NCBI GenBank assembly: GCA_964400945.1
Contig: CAYNWT010000001.1
Location: forward strand, 1 to 53,545
Direction of reading: 5' to 3'
DNA: 53,545 bases
Source of the DNA: an uncultured Planctomycetaceae bacterium
Lineage (GTDB): Bacteria; Planctomycetota; Planctomycetia; Planctomycetales; Planctomycetaceae
Shown here: positions 22,633 to 33,011 of the stretch, piece after piece
Layout of the letters: every line of letters starts with the position of its first letter
How positions within the stretch are numbered: the stretch's first letter is position 1
Notes under the pieces: model-generated
Told to the model about the DNA's origin: nothing
Database searches by the model: none
The model's input: only the letters and a program-made list of their open reading frames with translations
Program-made: the position numbers and the translations under genes

Positions 22633-22962
22633 GTGGCGGCAAACCAGGAAAGTATCCGAATCAGAATGGAGGCATACGACCATTCTGTGTTGGATCAATC
22701 AGCTTCCGACATTGTCGACACCGCCAAGCGGACGGGGGCGATTGTCCACGGCCCTATTCCGCTGCCAACTCGAATTGAGCGCTACACCGTTTTGCGTAGC
22801 CCTCACATCGACAAGAAGTCGCGTGAGCAATTCGAAATTCGAACTCATAAGCGGTTGGTAGATATTGTTCAGCCCACCGGCAAGACAATCGACGCGCTCA
22901 ACAAGCTGTCGTTGCCTGCAGGTGTGGACATCAAGATTAAGGCGACGGCGGTTGGTGGTTAG
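22633..22962 (+). CDS. rpsJ: 30S ribosomal protein S10
   Basis: 109 aa with a GTG start. [12 protein letters not shown] and [26 protein letters not shown] are present. Confidence 0.96.
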   Translation: MAANQESIRIRMEAYDHSVLDQSASDIVDTAKRTGAIVHGPIPLPTRIERYTVLRSPHIDKKSREQFEIRTHKRLVDIVQPTGKTIDALNKLSLPAGVDIKIKATAVGG

Positions 22963-23112
22963 TAAGTGAGTCAGTTTGGCTCCTTCGCATGTTTAATCGT
23001 TGTTGGTAAACAGCTCGGTTCCGGTTCTTGATGCCGTGGTTCGCCGAGTGTTCGGTTAGTTCGTTCCTTTCGGGTTCGATCATTCAAGGCTGTTTTGCGG
23101 GGAATCTGTACA

Positions 23113-23808
23113 ATGCCAGTTGGGCTTTTGGGTCGCAAAATCGGGCAGACTCAGGTTTACAGTGAGGAAGGGGCTTTGGTTCCTGTCACTGTGATCGAGG
23201 CTGGCCCGTGCGTGGTCACGCAGATTCGAACCATTGAGCGAGACGGCTATGAGGCGGTCCAGCTCGGCTTCGGTGACAAGCCGCGGCGGTTGGCGAGTCG
23301 GTCGGAGCGTGGTCGGATGACATCGATTAGCAGCAAGCGTCAAAAGGCGCGTGAGGCTGCTGGTGTTGAACTACTTGCCAAGCCGGATTGTGAGCCCAAG
23401 CGGTTCGTGAAAGAGTTTCGAACCGACGGCGAAGGTGCCGAATTCGAAGTCGGCCAGGAGTTGGGCGTTGCGACTCTTGCTGAGCTGAAGCGAGTCGACG
23501 TTATTGGTACGACGAAGGGTCGCGGAAACGCCGGCGTGATGAAGCGGCACAACTTCTCCGGCCAGCGTGCGAGCCACGGTGTGAAGCGAGTCCACCGCCA
23601 TGGTGGTTCTATTGGCCAGAGTGCTGACCCGGCTCGGGTCATCAAGGGAACAAAGATGCCTGGCCGGTATGGTGGCACTCGAGTTACTGTTCGGAATCTG
23701 AAGATTGTCCGTGTAGACGAAGAGAACAATATGCTGCTGGTTGCGGGCGCCGTGCCCGGTCCGGTTGGTAGTTACGTCGTTGTTCGCCACTCAAAGAAAC
23801 AAAAGTGA
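23113..23808 (+). CDS. rplC: 50S ribosomal protein L3
   Basis: ORF 23095..23808, start moved to the ATG at 23113 (MPVGLLGRKIGQTQVY). TKGRGNAGVMKRHNFSG is present. Confidence 0.94.
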   Translation: MPVGLLGRKIGQTQVYSEEGALVPVTVIEAGPCVVTQIRTIERDGYEAVQLGFGDKPRRLASRSERGRMTSISSKRQKAREAAGVELLAKPDCEPKRFVKEFRTDGEGAEFEVGQELGVATLAELKRVDVIGTTKGRGNAGVMKRHNFSGQRASHGVKRVHRHGGSIGQSADPARVIKGTKMPGRYGGTRVTVRNLKIVRVDEENNMLLVAGAVPGPVGSYVVVRHSKKQK

Positions 23809-23840
23809 TCGGCCGTAGTTCGGCCGAATGGTAGTCAGTC

Positions 23841-24488
23841 ATGATTTCTGTTCCTGTCCACAATCAGAGCGGTGCTGAAGTCGGCAAGTACGAGTTCAAC
23901 GCTGATGATCTGGCTCCGGGTATCAACAAGCAGTTGCTCCACGACGTTGTCGTCATGTACGAGGCGAATCGGCGTCAGGGCACAGTGAGAACCAAGTCTC
24001 GTGGCATGGTTGCTGGCAGCACCAGGAAGCTGTATCGCCAGAAGGGAACTGGTAGGGCTCGTGCTGGTGCCAGTCGAACACCTGTCCGTCGCGGTGGTGG
24101 TCACACATTCGGCAAGAAGGTCCGTGACTTCAGCTATCGTTTGCCAAAAAAGGCTGTCCGCTTGGCAACGCGAATGGCATTGCGAAGCAAGTTCGAGGAC
24201 GGCCAGGCGATCGTGGTTGAAGACATCAGTCTCAACAAGCCGCAGACTAAAGCTGTCGTCGCGATGCTGAGGGGTATGGGGCTCGATGGCACGTCGGTCA
24301 TGATTTCGGTTGCGGAACACGATGCTACGGTTTGGAAGTCGGCTCGGAACATTGCTGACGTCCGCATGGCTCCGGTTTCTGACCTGAATGCGTACGATTT
24401 GCTGCGACAGCGAAACCTGGTGATCACAAAGAGTGGTCTTGATATCCTGCTCGGCAAGGCGGAAGCCAAAGCCGGGGGAGAGGGCTAA
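23841..24488 (+). CDS. rplD: 50S ribosomal protein L4
   Basis: 215 aa, with KLYRQKGTGRARAGASRTPVRRGGG. Confidence 0.95.
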   Translation: MISVPVHNQSGAEVGKYEFNADDLAPGINKQLLHDVVVMYEANRRQGTVRTKSRGMVAGSTRKLYRQKGTGRARAGASRTPVRRGGGHTFGKKVRDFSYRLPKKAVRLATRMALRSKFEDGQAIVVEDISLNKPQTKAVVAMLRGMGLDGTSVMISVAEHDATVWKSARNIADVRMAPVSDLNAYDLLRQRNLVITKSGLDILLGKAEAKAGGEG

Positions 24489-24491
24489 GTA

Positions 24492-24812
24492 ATGGCAGCA
24501 CCAAAAATCAAAGAGCAGACCGGTGGCGTCCAGCTGAAGCCGCATCAGGTCATCATCAGGCCGCTGGTAACCGAGAAGGGAACGCACCTTTCTGAGCGGT
24601 TTAATCTCTACACGTTCGAAGTGTCGCTGAACGCTACCAAAACAGACATTAAGAAGGCGGTTGAAGAACTTTGGGATGTCCGGGTCGAAAAGGTTCGGAC
24701 GCAGAATCGCAAAGGCAAGCCGCGGCGTCACCGTATGTCGTACGGTCGGACGCGAAACTGGAAGAAGGCAATTGTTGAGCTTCACGAGGAAGACCGGATC
24801 GCGTTCTTCTAA
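24492..24812 (+). CDS. rplW: 50S ribosomal protein L23
   Basis: 106 aa, with IIRPLVTEKGT and FEV...A.K.DIKKAVEELW.V.V. Confidence 0.94.
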   Translation: MAAPKIKEQTGGVQLKPHQVIIRPLVTEKGTHLSERFNLYTFEVSLNATKTDIKKAVEELWDVRVEKVRTQNRKGKPRRHRMSYGRTRNWKKAIVELHEEDRIAFF

Positions 24813-24852
24813 GTCGAATCAATCATGGCGAGAGCTGTGTGAGGTGTGACAA

Positions 24853-25710
24853 ATGGGTATTAGAAAATACAAGCCAACCACTCCCGGACGCCGGGGTGCT
24901 TCTGTCAGTGATTTCACCGAAATCACTGACCGAAAGAAGCGTCCCGAGAAGTCGCTGACCAAGCGCGCGAAGAAGAAGGGTGGCCGGAACAATCAGGGTA
25001 AGATTACTGTGCGCCACCGTGGTGGCGGGCACAAGCGACTCTATCGAATCATTGATTTCAAGCGGCGCAAGGATGATTGCGGGGCAACGGTTGTGGCCAT
25101 CGAGTACGACCCGAACCGTAGTTGTCGGATCGCTCTGCTTGAATACAAAGATGGCGATAAGCGATACATTCTGGCTCCTGAGGGGCTGGTGGCTGGGGTC
25201 AAAGTTGAAAGTGGTGAAAAGTGCGAGCCAAACGTTGGTAACGCGATGCCCCTATCATCGATTCCGACAGGCACCACGATTCACAACGTCGAGATGCAGC
25301 CTGGTCGTGGTGGCCAGCTTTGTCGGAGTGCTGGAACCTATGCGGTTCTCAACGCTCGTGAAGGCAAGTGGGCTCAGATCACTTTGCCCTCGGGTGAAGT
25401 TCGCCGAGTCCCAAGTGCCTGCCGCGCGACGATTGGTGCGGTTGGTAACTCTGAACACAGTAGTATCGTGCTTGGCAAGGCTGGCCGAAAACGATGGATG
25501 GGGCGTCGGCCTCATGTTCGTGGAACCTGTATGAACCCGGTTGCTCACCCGATGGGTGGTGGTGAAGGGCGAAACTCAGGTGGTCGTCACCCATGTAGTC
25601 CAACCGGTAAGCCGGCGAAGGGTGGTCGAACTCGAAAGCGTCGCAAGGCTTCATCGAAGGCCATTGTGCGACGACGTAAGTCAAGACGTTACGGCGCATT
25701 GAAGGTCTGA
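24853..25710 (+). CDS. rplB: 50S ribosomal protein L2
   Basis: 285 aa, with [18 protein letters not shown] and [13 protein letters not shown]. Confidence 0.97.
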   Translation: MGIRKYKPTTPGRRGASVSDFTEITDRKKRPEKSLTKRAKKKGGRNNQGKITVRHRGGGHKRLYRIIDFKRRKDDCGATVVAIEYDPNRSCRIALLEYKDGDKRYILAPEGLVAGVKVESGEKCEPNVGNAMPLSSIPTGTTIHNVEMQPGRGGQLCRSAGTYAVLNAREGKWAQITLPSGEVRRVPSACRATIGAVGNSEHSSIVLGKAGRKRWMGRRPHVRGTCMNPVAHPMGGGEGRNSGGRHPCSPTGKPAKGGRTRKRRKASSKAIVRRRKSRRYGALKV

Positions 25711-25720
25711 TAGGTAAAGC

Positions 25721-25990
25721 ATGAGCCGTTCACTCAAAAAAGGTCCATACGTTGACGAGAAGCTTCTCCTGAAGGTTGAGAAGCTGAACGAATCGGGCCG
25801 CAAAGATCCAATTAAGACCTGGGCGCGTCGTTCGACGATCTCTCCGGAGTTCGTTGGTCATACGTTCCTGGTTCACAACGGTCGCACGCACATGAACGTG
25901 TACGTGACCGAAGAAATGGTCGGTCACAAACTCGGTGAGTTTGCTCCGACTCGAACGTTCCGTGGTCACGGTGCGAGGGGGAAGAAGTAA
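25721..25990 (+). CDS. rpsS: 30S ribosomal protein S19
   Basis: 89 aa, with [16 protein letters not shown] and [16 protein letters not shown]. Confidence 0.97.
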   Translation: MSRSLKKGPYVDEKLLLKVEKLNESGRKDPIKTWARRSTISPEFVGHTFLVHNGRTHMNVYVTEEMVGHKLGEFAPTRTFRGHGARGKK

Positions 25991-25991
25991 C

Positions 25992-26336
25992 ATGGCTCTC
26001 GTTCGCGCGAAACATCGTTATGCCCGCATCTCGGCGACCAAGGTCCGTCCGTTCACAGACATGATTCGCGGCATGACGACTGGCGATGCTCTTGATTCAC
26101 TCAGGTACAAGCCAAACCGTGGTGCTCGCATGTTGGAGAAGGTGTTGCAAAGCGCCATCGCCAACGCTGAAGACAAAGGTGCTCGCAACGTTGATCGTTT
26201 GAAGATTGTCGAAGCCCGCGTTGATGGCGGCCCGATGTTCAAGCGAATCCAGCCACGAGCTCGGGGTATGGCGTTCGTCATTCGTCGCCGTATGTCACAC
26301 ATTCACGTCGCGGTCGACGCGCCGGAACTCACTTAG
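25992..26336 (+). CDS. rplV: 50S ribosomal protein L22
   Basis: ORF 25935..26336, start moved to the ATG at 25992 (MALVRAKHRYARISATKVR), 1 nt after the rpsS stop. Confidence 0.94.
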   Translation: MALVRAKHRYARISATKVRPFTDMIRGMTTGDALDSLRYKPNRGARMLEKVLQSAIANAEDKGARNVDRLKIVEARVDGGPMFKRIQPRARGMAFVIRRRMSHIHVAVDAPELT

Positions 26337-26356
26337 AACACGAAGGCGTATCGAAC

Positions 26357-27055
26357 ATGGGACAGAAGGTTCGTCCAACCGGATTTCGCATCGGCATTAT
26401 GGAGCCGTGGCGCAGTCGCTGGTACGCGTCGAAGCGCGAGTTCGGCGACCTCCTGATCGAAGATCAGAAGATTCGCAAGTACATTGCTGACAAGTACCAA
26501 TTCGCAGAGATCAAACGCGTTGAGATTGAGCGAACTCGGGACCAGGTGGTTGTCCATCTACACACGGCTCGTCCGGGTGTCATTATTGGCCGAAAAGGTC
26601 AGGAAGTAGATCGCCTGAAGGGTGATCTGGAAAACCTGACTGGTCGGCGAATGGATCTGAAAATTGTTGAGGTCGGCAACGCCAACCGCAGTGCCACGCT
26701 GGTTGCTCAGCGTATCGCGCAGCAGTTGTCTCGCCGGTCGAGTTTCCGACGTGCGGTTAAGCGTACGCTGGATGAAGTTATGGATGCCGGAGTGAACGGC
26801 ATCAAGATCGAACTTTCCGGGCGTCTTGGCGGTGCTGAGATGTCTCGTAAGGAAAAAGCCAGTCGGGGTTCCATCCCGCTTTCGACACTACGTCGGCACA
26901 TCGACTACGGCTTCGTGGAAGCGAAGACGACGATGGGCATCATTGGTGTCAAAGTGTGGATCGATCTCGGCGACTATTCAGAGGGGACTCTCGATGGCTC
27001 TGATGCCAAAGCGGGTCAAGCACCGAAAGGTCCAAAGAAGACGTATAAAAGGTAA
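26357..27055 (+). CDS. rpsC: 30S ribosomal protein S3 (with a C-terminal extension overlapping rplP)
   Basis: 232 aa, with MGQKVRPTGFRIG, a KH domain and GRLGGAEMSR. Confidence 0.96.
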   Translation: MGQKVRPTGFRIGIMEPWRSRWYASKREFGDLLIEDQKIRKYIADKYQFAEIKRVEIERTRDQVVVHLHTARPGVIIGRKGQEVDRLKGDLENLTGRRMDLKIVEVGNANRSATLVAQRIAQQLSRRSSFRRAVKRTLDEVMDAGVNGIKIELSGRLGGAEMSRKEKASRGSIPLSTLRRHIDYGFVEAKTTMGIIGVKVWIDLGDYSEGTLDGSDAKAGQAPKGPKKTYKR

Positions 27056-27416
27056 CGCCTCTCGGGGTAACACCGTCGTCTTTGGCAACTGGGGCTTGCA
27101 GTCACTAGAACCTGGGCACGTTTCGGCCGCCACTATTGAGGCATGTCGAATCGCGGCAACGCAGTACGTGCGCGGTGAGGGTAAGGTTTACATTCGGATC
27201 TTCCCGCAAAAGCCGGTTACCGCTCGGCCTTTGGAAACACGAATGGGTAAAGGTAAAGGCGAGCCGGATCACTGGGTCGCCGTGGTCAAACCGGGCACGA
27301 TCTTGTTCGAGCTGTCAGGCGTTGGTCATGATGCAGCGCGCGATTGCTTCAATCGTGTCGCTCACAAGTTGCCGGTTCGAGTTCGTCTGATTGGCAGACG
27401 ACCTCAACTGGGTTAA
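26994..27416 (+). CDS. rplP: 50S ribosomal protein L16
   Basis: ORF 26826..27416, start moved to the ATG at 26994 (MALMPKRVKHRKVQRRRIKG; alternative ATG at 27003). The conserved MPKRxKxRK N-terminus forces a 53-62 nt overlap with rpsC. Confidence 0.9.
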   Translation: MALMPKRVKHRKVQRRRIKGNASRGNTVVFGNWGLQSLEPGHVSAATIEACRIAATQYVRGEGKVYIRIFPQKPVTARPLETRMGKGKGEPDHWVAVVKPGTILFELSGVGHDAARDCFNRVAHKLPVRVRLIGRRPQLG

Positions 27417-27448
27417 TCACACACAGTAGTGATCGTTCGGACGAGACG

Positions 27449-27652
27449 ATGAAAGCTTCAGAACTTAGAGAAATGAGTGACGACCAGCTCGAACACGAGC
27501 TGCGTGAAACTCAGCAAAATCTGTTTCGGCTGCGGTTTCAGGCTGCAACGGAGCGGTTGGATGCTCCCAGTAACCTGAAGCGTCTTCGTCAGACGATCGC
27601 CCGGATTTACACGATTCAACGAGAGCGAGAAATCGCCACAGCGGCGAAGTAG
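27449..27652 (+). CDS. rpmC: 50S ribosomal protein L29
   Basis: ORF 27344..27652, start moved to the ATG at 27449 (MKASELREMSDDQLEHELRETQQNLFRLRFQ). Confidence 0.93.
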   Translation: MKASELREMSDDQLEHELRETQQNLFRLRFQAATERLDAPSNLKRLRQTIARIYTIQREREIATAAK

Positions 27653-27666
27653 AAGGTTTCTAAGCG

Positions 27667-27909
27667 ATGAAGAAAGTGCTCGTTGGTACCGTGGCTAGTG
27701 ACAAGATGGACAAGTCACTCCGTGTCGAGATCGAACGGAAGTTCCCTCATCCGCGATACGGCAAGATCGTGCGACGTCGCACCGTCTGCCATGTTCACGA
27801 TGAAGAGAACACCGCCAAAGAGGGCGATGTGGTAGAGATCGTCGAATGCCGCCCGCGATCGAAAACGAAGCGGTGGGAATTGGTCAAAGTGATTTCGTCG
27901 GTTGAGTAG
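27667..27909 (+). CDS. rpsQ: 30S ribosomal protein S17
   Basis: 80 aa, with [14 protein letters not shown] and HDEEN.AKEGD.V.I.E.RP.SK.K.W. Confidence 0.95.
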   Translation: MKKVLVGTVASDKMDKSLRVEIERKFPHPRYGKIVRRRTVCHVHDEENTAKEGDVVEIVECRPRSKTKRWELVKVISSVE

Positions 27910-27956
27910 CGAGCGCCTGAGCCTTTCGGTTCCGAGGGGCGAATGGGAGTAGTTCA

Positions 27957-28325
27957 ATGATTCAAATGCAAACACTGCTGGATGTAGCAGACAACTCGGG
28001 CGCGAAGGTGGTCCGCTGCATCAAGGTGCTGGGCGGTACCAAGAAGCGCTTCGCATCGATTGGCGACGTTATCGTGGTCAGTGTCCAAAAGGCCCTGCCA
28101 GGCAGTGCGGTCAAGACGGGTACTGTTGTCCGCGGGGTAATCGTACGCGTTCGAAAACCTGTACGTCGCGACGACGGTAGTTACGTTCGATTCGATCGAA
28201 ATGCGATTGTCTTGATCGACGCCGAAAACAACCCGCGTGGGACTCGAATCTTCGGGGCCGTTGCTCGCGAGTTGCGAGTTCGCAAGTTCATGAAAATCGT
28301 CAGTCTGGCCAGCGAAGTCGTCTAA
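27957..28325 (+). CDS. rplN: 50S ribosomal protein L14
   Basis: 122 aa, with [17 protein letters not shown] and ...[11 protein letters not shown]. Confidence 0.97.
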   Translation: MIQMQTLLDVADNSGAKVVRCIKVLGGTKKRFASIGDVIVVSVQKALPGSAVKTGTVVRGVIVRVRKPVRRDDGSYVRFDRNAIVLIDAENNPRGTRIFGAVARELRVRKFMKIVSLASEVV

Positions 28326-28344
28326 GCAGGCGGGGGAAACAAAG

Positions 28345-28902
28345 ATGACAACTGCAGTGCCGGTTCGGCTGCAAACGAAATACACAGATGAGATCCTGCC
28401 TTCACTGAAGACTCAGTTGAAGCAGGAGAATCACCATGCCATTCCCAAGCTGTCCAAGATTGTGATCAGCATGGGTATCGGTGCAGCGATTGGTGAACGC
28501 AAACGGCTGGAAGAAGCCGTGCAGGCTCTCACTATGCTGTCGGGTCAGAAAGCGATGATCACGAAGGCTTCGAGGTCGGTTTCCGGCTTCAAGCTGCGTG
28601 AGGGTATGGAGATCGGCTGTCGCGTAACATTACGTGGGAAGCGGATGTTCGAGTTTCTCGATCGATTGATCTCACTCGTACTTCCTCGAGTTCGTGACTT
28701 CCGCGGTTTGAACCCAAAGGCATTCGACGGACGGGGCAACTACAGCCTCGGCCTGAACGAGCTGCTCGTGTTCCCTGAGATTGATCCGGACAAGTTCCAC
28801 TACAACCAGGGAATGAACATCACGATCGTCACCACTGCGAATACAAATGACGAAGGTCGAATCCTCCTGAAAGAGTTCGGCTTCCCTTTCAAGACCGACT
28901 AG
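28345..28902 (+). CDS. rplE: 50S ribosomal protein L5
   Basis: 185 aa, with PKLSKIVISMGIG and FDGRGNYSLGL.E...FPEI. It starts 19 nt after rplN, with no rplX between them. Confidence 0.95.
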   Translation: MTTAVPVRLQTKYTDEILPSLKTQLKQENHHAIPKLSKIVISMGIGAAIGERKRLEEAVQALTMLSGQKAMITKASRSVSGFKLREGMEIGCRVTLRGKRMFEFLDRLISLVLPRVRDFRGLNPKAFDGRGNYSLGLNELLVFPEIDPDKFHYNQGMNITIVTTANTNDEGRILLKEFGFPFKTD

Positions 28903-28924
28903 TTGTCAGGCTTAGAGAAAAAAC

Positions 28925-29110
28925 ATGGCCAGTAAGGCAAAGATCGAAAAATCAAAGCGCAAGCCGAAGTTCAGCTCCCGCATTGAGCGTCGGTGCCAGT
29001 TGTGTGGTCGGCCGAGGGCTGTCTACCGGAAGTTCAAGATCTGCCGTATCTGCTTCCGTGACATGTGCCTGGATGGTCTGATTCCTGGTGCCCGCAAGGC
29101 TAGCTGGTAG
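28925..29110 (+). CDS. rpsN: 30S ribosomal protein S14, short zinc-binding (type Z) form
   Basis: 61 aa, with [22 protein letters not shown] (CxxC...CxxC). Confidence 0.95.
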   Translation: MASKAKIEKSKRKPKFSSRIERRCQLCGRPRAVYRKFKICRICFRDMCLDGLIPGARKASW

Positions 29111-29121
29111 GAACAAGCATC

Positions 29122-29517
29122 ATGATGACCGACCCAATTGCCGACATGCTCACGCGCATTCGCAACGCTCTGCAAATCGAGCGAGCGGATGTCACCATGC
29201 CGGCATCGAAGATCAAAATCGGAATCGCAGAAGCCCTTCAGCGGGAAGGGTACATCTGGGACTTCGAAATCATTGAAGAGAAGCCACAGAATCAGATTCG
29301 CATCAACCTGAAGTACGGTGGGCGCGGCGAAATGGTAATTCAGGAGATCCAGAGGGTCAGCAAACCTGGTTGCCGAGTGTTTACAAGTGTTGCGGGCATG
29401 CAGGACGTCGTGCAGGGGATGGGTATCAACATCCTCTCGACATCCAAAGGCATTCTGAGCAACCGCGAAGCGCGGGCTCAGGGTGTTGGCGGCGAAGTGC
29501 TCTGCCGAGTTCTCTGA
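29122..29517 (+). CDS. rpsH: 30S ribosomal protein S8
   Basis: 131 aa, with DPIADMLTRIRNA. Confidence 0.96.
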   Translation: MMTDPIADMLTRIRNALQIERADVTMPASKIKIGIAEALQREGYIWDFEIIEEKPQNQIRINLKYGGRGEMVIQEIQRVSKPGCRVFTSVAGMQDVVQGMGINILSTSKGILSNREARAQGVGGEVLCRVL

Positions 29518-29546
29518 GCCGTTTGGTTCAGTTTGGGAATACAAAA

Positions 29547-30089
29547 ATGTCTCGTATCGGAAGAAAACCAGTAGCGATCCCGGACAAGGTCGAGGTCAAA
29601 GTCGATGGTGGTTCGGTTGCGGTGAAGGGCCCGAAAGGCGACCTGAATTTCACGTTCCATCCAAGCATGAGTGTCGAAGTGGATGGCGGCGAGGTGAAGG
29701 TGACTCGCCCCGACGACTCGCGTCAAAACCGCGCGCTACATGGACTGACTCGCAGTCTGATCAGCAACATGGTCGACGGGGTCACAAACCCGTTCGAGAA
29801 GAAGCTTGAGATTGTTGGTGTTGGTTACAACGCCAAATTGAATGGCAAGAAGCTAGCGTTGCAGGTCGGATTCGCTAACACCGTGGTACTGGAAGTCCCC
29901 GACGGTGTGGATTGCGAAGTTCCCGACGCGACGCACATTACGGTTCGAAGTTGCGACAAGCAGAAGTGTGGCGAATTCGCCGCTGTGATTCGCAAGGTTC
30001 GACCACCGGAGCCTTACAAGGGTAAGGGTATCCGTTACGCAGACGAACATGTACGCCGTAAGGCCGGTAAAGCCTTCGGTGCCAAATAG
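29547..30089 (+). CDS. rplF: 50S ribosomal protein L6
   Basis: ORF 29370..30089, start moved to the ATG at 29547 ([17 protein letters not shown]). [11 protein letters not shown] is present. Confidence 0.94.
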   Translation: MSRIGRKPVAIPDKVEVKVDGGSVAVKGPKGDLNFTFHPSMSVEVDGGEVKVTRPDDSRQNRALHGLTRSLISNMVDGVTNPFEKKLEIVGVGYNAKLNGKKLALQVGFANTVVLEVPDGVDCEVPDATHITVRSCDKQKCGEFAAVIRKVRPPEPYKGKGIRYADEHVRRKAGKAFGAK

Positions 30090-30106
30090 ATGGGGTTCAC
30101 AGAGTT

Positions 30107-30478
30107 ATGTCTGTAGCCAAGAGAATCGCAAAGCAAAAACAGCGTCGACGTTTTCGAGTCCGAAAGCGTGTGCGTCGTGATGCTCACGGACGTCCGAGAC
30201 TGTCGGTTTTCCGCAGCAATAAGCACATGTACGCTCAGGTGATCGATGACAAGACCGGCACAACCGTTGCCGCTGCCAGCACAATGGAAAAGTCGCTCGG
30301 TGGACCCGGCAAAGCTGCCGGCAACAAAGAAGCCGCGGCGAAAGTCGGTGCTGAGATTGCGAAGCGAGCCAAAGACAAAGGTATCACCGACGTCGTCTTC
30401 GATCGCGGTGTCTGCAGCTTTCATGGTCGAGTCGCAGCATTGGCTGCGGCTGCTCGTGAAGGCGGACTGAATTTCTAA
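30107..30478 (+). CDS. rplR: 50S ribosomal protein L18
   Basis: 123 aa, with [20 protein letters not shown] and DRG...[15 protein letters not shown]. Confidence 0.95.
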   Translation: MSVAKRIAKQKQRRRFRVRKRVRRDAHGRPRLSVFRSNKHMYAQVIDDKTGTTVAAASTMEKSLGGPGKAAGNKEAAAKVGAEIAKRAKDKGITDVVFDRGVCSFHGRVAALAAAAREGGLNF

Positions 30479-30500
30479 CTGTTGAAGTCGGCCACGTGAC

Positions 30501-31004
30501 GTGGCCAACGGAGAGAACAACGTGGCAACAGCCGAACAACAACGAGATAGTGGCGAACAGGTCGTTCAGATTCGCCGTTGTGCCTGTGTGGTAAAGGGCG
30601 GTCGTCGCTTCAGTTTCACCGCCATGGTCGTGACGGGTGACCGTAACGGCCGCGTTGGCTGGGGTTACGGAAAAGCTACCGAAGTTCCGAACGCTGTTGA
30701 GAAAGCCACCAAGGTTGCGAACCGCAGCTTGGTCAAGATTCCGATCGTTGAGGGAACCATCCCTCACCAGGTGAAGGGTCGATTCCGGTCGTCAGAAGTA
30801 CTACTTCTGCCAGCCCGTCCCGGTACCGGCATCATCGCTGGCGGTGCAGTCCGCGCGGTTGTCGAATCAGCCGGCATCACAGACATCCTCACCAAGAGCT
30901 TCGGCTCAAACAATCCAATGAACCTCGTGAAGGCTGTGTTCGAAGGTCTGCAGCGGTTGCGAACCCGTGAAGAAGTCGAACGCCTCAGGGGAGTAGAGCT
31001 CTAA
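30501..31004 (+). CDS. rpsE: 30S ribosomal protein S5
   Basis: 167 aa with a GTG start. [37 protein letters not shown] is present. Confidence 0.95.
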   Translation: MANGENNVATAEQQRDSGEQVVQIRRCACVVKGGRRFSFTAMVVTGDRNGRVGWGYGKATEVPNAVEKATKVANRSLVKIPIVEGTIPHQVKGRFRSSEVLLLPARPGTGIIAGGAVRAVVESAGITDILTKSFGSNNPMNLVKAVFEGLQRLRTREEVERLRGVEL

Positions 31005-31456
31005 TGATTCTCGACGACGTCCATCGAGGCATAAAGAAAAACAAGAAGCGCAAGCGCATCGGTCGTGGCCCGGGTTCGGGGCACGGTAAGACAGCCGGGC
31101 GTGGTCACAAGGGCTACTACAGCCGTTCGGGTTCATCTCGACGAGTTGGATTCGAAGGTGGGCAGATGCCTATCTTCCGAATTGTGGCCAAGCGAGGATT
31201 CAACAACCGAGCCTTTGCTCCAAAGGTGGCAATTATCAACATTGCCCAGCTTGAAGCAGTTTTTGAGGCCGGTGCGGAGGTGACTCCGGCAACTCTCAAG
31301 GAGAAGGGCTTGGTCTCGGGTCGTTTCGACCTTGTGAAAGTCCTTGGAAACGGCGAAATTTCAAAGAAGCTGACCGTCTCGGCCCACAAGTTCTCGGCGA
31401 GTGCTGAGGAAAAGATCAAGGCCGCCGGCGGAGCAGCAAACAGGATCACGGGATAG
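31004..31456 (+). CDS. rplO: 50S ribosomal protein L15
   Basis: 150 aa, with [20 protein letters not shown]. The ATG overlaps the rpsE stop (TAATG), so there is no room for rpmD. Confidence 0.95.
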   Translation: MILDDVHRGIKKNKKRKRIGRGPGSGHGKTAGRGHKGYYSRSGSSRRVGFEGGQMPIFRIVAKRGFNNRAFAPKVAIINIAQLEAVFEAGAEVTPATLKEKGLVSGRFDLVKVLGNGEISKKLTVSAHKFSASAEEKIKAAGGAANRITG

Positions 31457-31563
31457 TTGGCTTGGGTCGTCCGAAAGGACGGTGTCCGGTCTCGTGGCGA
31501 AACGGACTTCGCGCGTGGGTGACACGCTGCCTTTGAGCCCGCTTGGGTGATTGGAACGAACAG

Positions 31564-32910
31564 ATGCTCGGCAAGTTCATAACGATCTTTAAGATCCCCG
31601 AACTGCGCAACAAGATCCTGCTCACGCTGGGCCTGTTGGCCGTGTATCGCATGGGCTTTGCGATCCCGCTGCCATTCATCGACCAAAGCCGGATGGCCGA
31701 CGCGCTGACCAAGACCAGTCAGGGTGATTTCGGCTCCATCCTTTCAGCCATTCAGCTGTTCTCTGCCTCGAATTTCGGCTCGATCTTTGGCCTCGGCATC
31801 ATGCCGTACATCACGGCTTCAATTATCTTTCAGTTGCTGGGGACGGTTTATCCACCGCTCGAAGCACTGCAAAAAGAAGGTGAAGCTGGCCGCCGAAAGA
31901 TCAACGAATACACCCGTTGGGCAACCGTTGTCATCTGCCTGTTCCAAAGTTGGTTCTTCATCAGCAACATTGGCAGCTTCTTCGGCGACCCGGCCATCAT
32001 TCTGACCGACTACCAGAGCTTCTACTGGAGGCTGGTTGCGACCGTCACAATGACCGCTGGAACTGTGCTGCTGATGTGGGTTGGTGAGCAAATTGACGCA
32101 TACGGAATCGGCAACGGGATCAGTTTGCTGATCATGGCTGGCATCCTTGCTCGCATGCCGAGTGCATTGGTGGGGCTAATTCGGCCTGCCCTTGAGAATG
32201 GAATTAGTATCGGCTCGGAAGTTGGTATTGAAAAGTTGATCGTCCTTGTCGCGCTGTTCGTTGGCGTGGTGGTTTGGGTGATCGCGATCACACAGGGTCA
32301 GCGACGAATTCCAATCCAGAGCGCCAAACACGTCCGAGGCCGGCGCGTCATGGGTGGCCAGCGACAACACATGCCGCTTCGAGTAAATCAAGCTGGCGTG
32401 ATGCCCATTATCTTTGCATCCAGCCTGCTGATATTCCCGAACTTCATTTTCCAGCAACTTGCGAATCTTTGGCCCAACAACACCTTGGTGGCGGGCCTGA
32501 CTGATGCCTTCACGCCTGGAAATGGTTTTATTTACAACCTCTGCTACGTGGTCTTGATCTACTTCTTCTGCTACTTCTGGACTGCCATCACGTTCAATCC
32601 AAAGGACATGGCCGACAACCTGAAGGATTACGGAAGTTTTATTCCGGGCTATCGCCCCGGTGGTCGCACTGCACAGTACCTCGAACAAATCATGGTTCGA
32701 ATTACGTATGTCGGAGCGGCCTTCCTGGCACTTGTTGCCATCATCCCAACGTTGATTTCCCGCTACCTGGGAGTCGACCCCAACATCGCCAGCTTCTTCG
32801 GTGGAACCGGGTTGCTAATCGTGGTTTCTGTCGGTTTGGACCTCGTCCAGAAAATCGACAGCCACCTCGTGATGCGAAACTACTCCGGCATGCTGGAGGC
32901 CGACACCTAG
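31564..32910 (+). CDS. secY: preprotein translocase subunit SecY
   Basis: ORF 31543..32910 (TTG start). The ATG at 31564 (MLGKFITIFKIPELRNKILLTLGLLAVYRMG) is preferred. It is a 10-TM protein with GIMPYI and GNGISLLI motifs. Confidence 0.93.
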   Translation: MLGKFITIFKIPELRNKILLTLGLLAVYRMGFAIPLPFIDQSRMADALTKTSQGDFGSILSAIQLFSASNFGSIFGLGIMPYITASIIFQLLGTVYPPLEALQKEGEAGRRKINEYTRWATVVICLFQSWFFISNIGSFFGDPAIILTDYQSFYWRLVATVTMTAGTVLLMWVGEQIDAYGIGNGISLLIMAGILARMPSALVGLIRPALENGISIGSEVGIEKLIVLVALFVGVVVWVIAITQGQRRIPIQSAKHVRGRRVMGGQRQHMPLRVNQAGVMPIIFASSLLIFPNFIFQQLANLWPNNTLVAGLTDAFTPGNGFIYNLCYVVLIYFFCYFWTAITFNPKDMADNLKDYGSFIPGYRPGGRTAQYLEQIMVRITYVGAAFLALVAIIPTLISRYLGVDPNIASFFGGTGLLIVVSVGLDLVQKIDSHLVMRNYSGMLEADT

Positions 32911-33011
32911 GCCAAGCCAAGCGAATTCGCCACCTGTCAGGAGTGGTGGCGAACCTTTGCCGAGCGACAGCTGTCATTACCGAATTCGTCGAACTGCAGG
33001 CCCTCGCAGGC

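Noticed and set aside
23835-24785. 316-aa minus-strand ORF opposite rplD and rplW
   Set aside because: It is a shadow ORF antisense to two conserved ribosomal protein genes, and no motif is recognisable.
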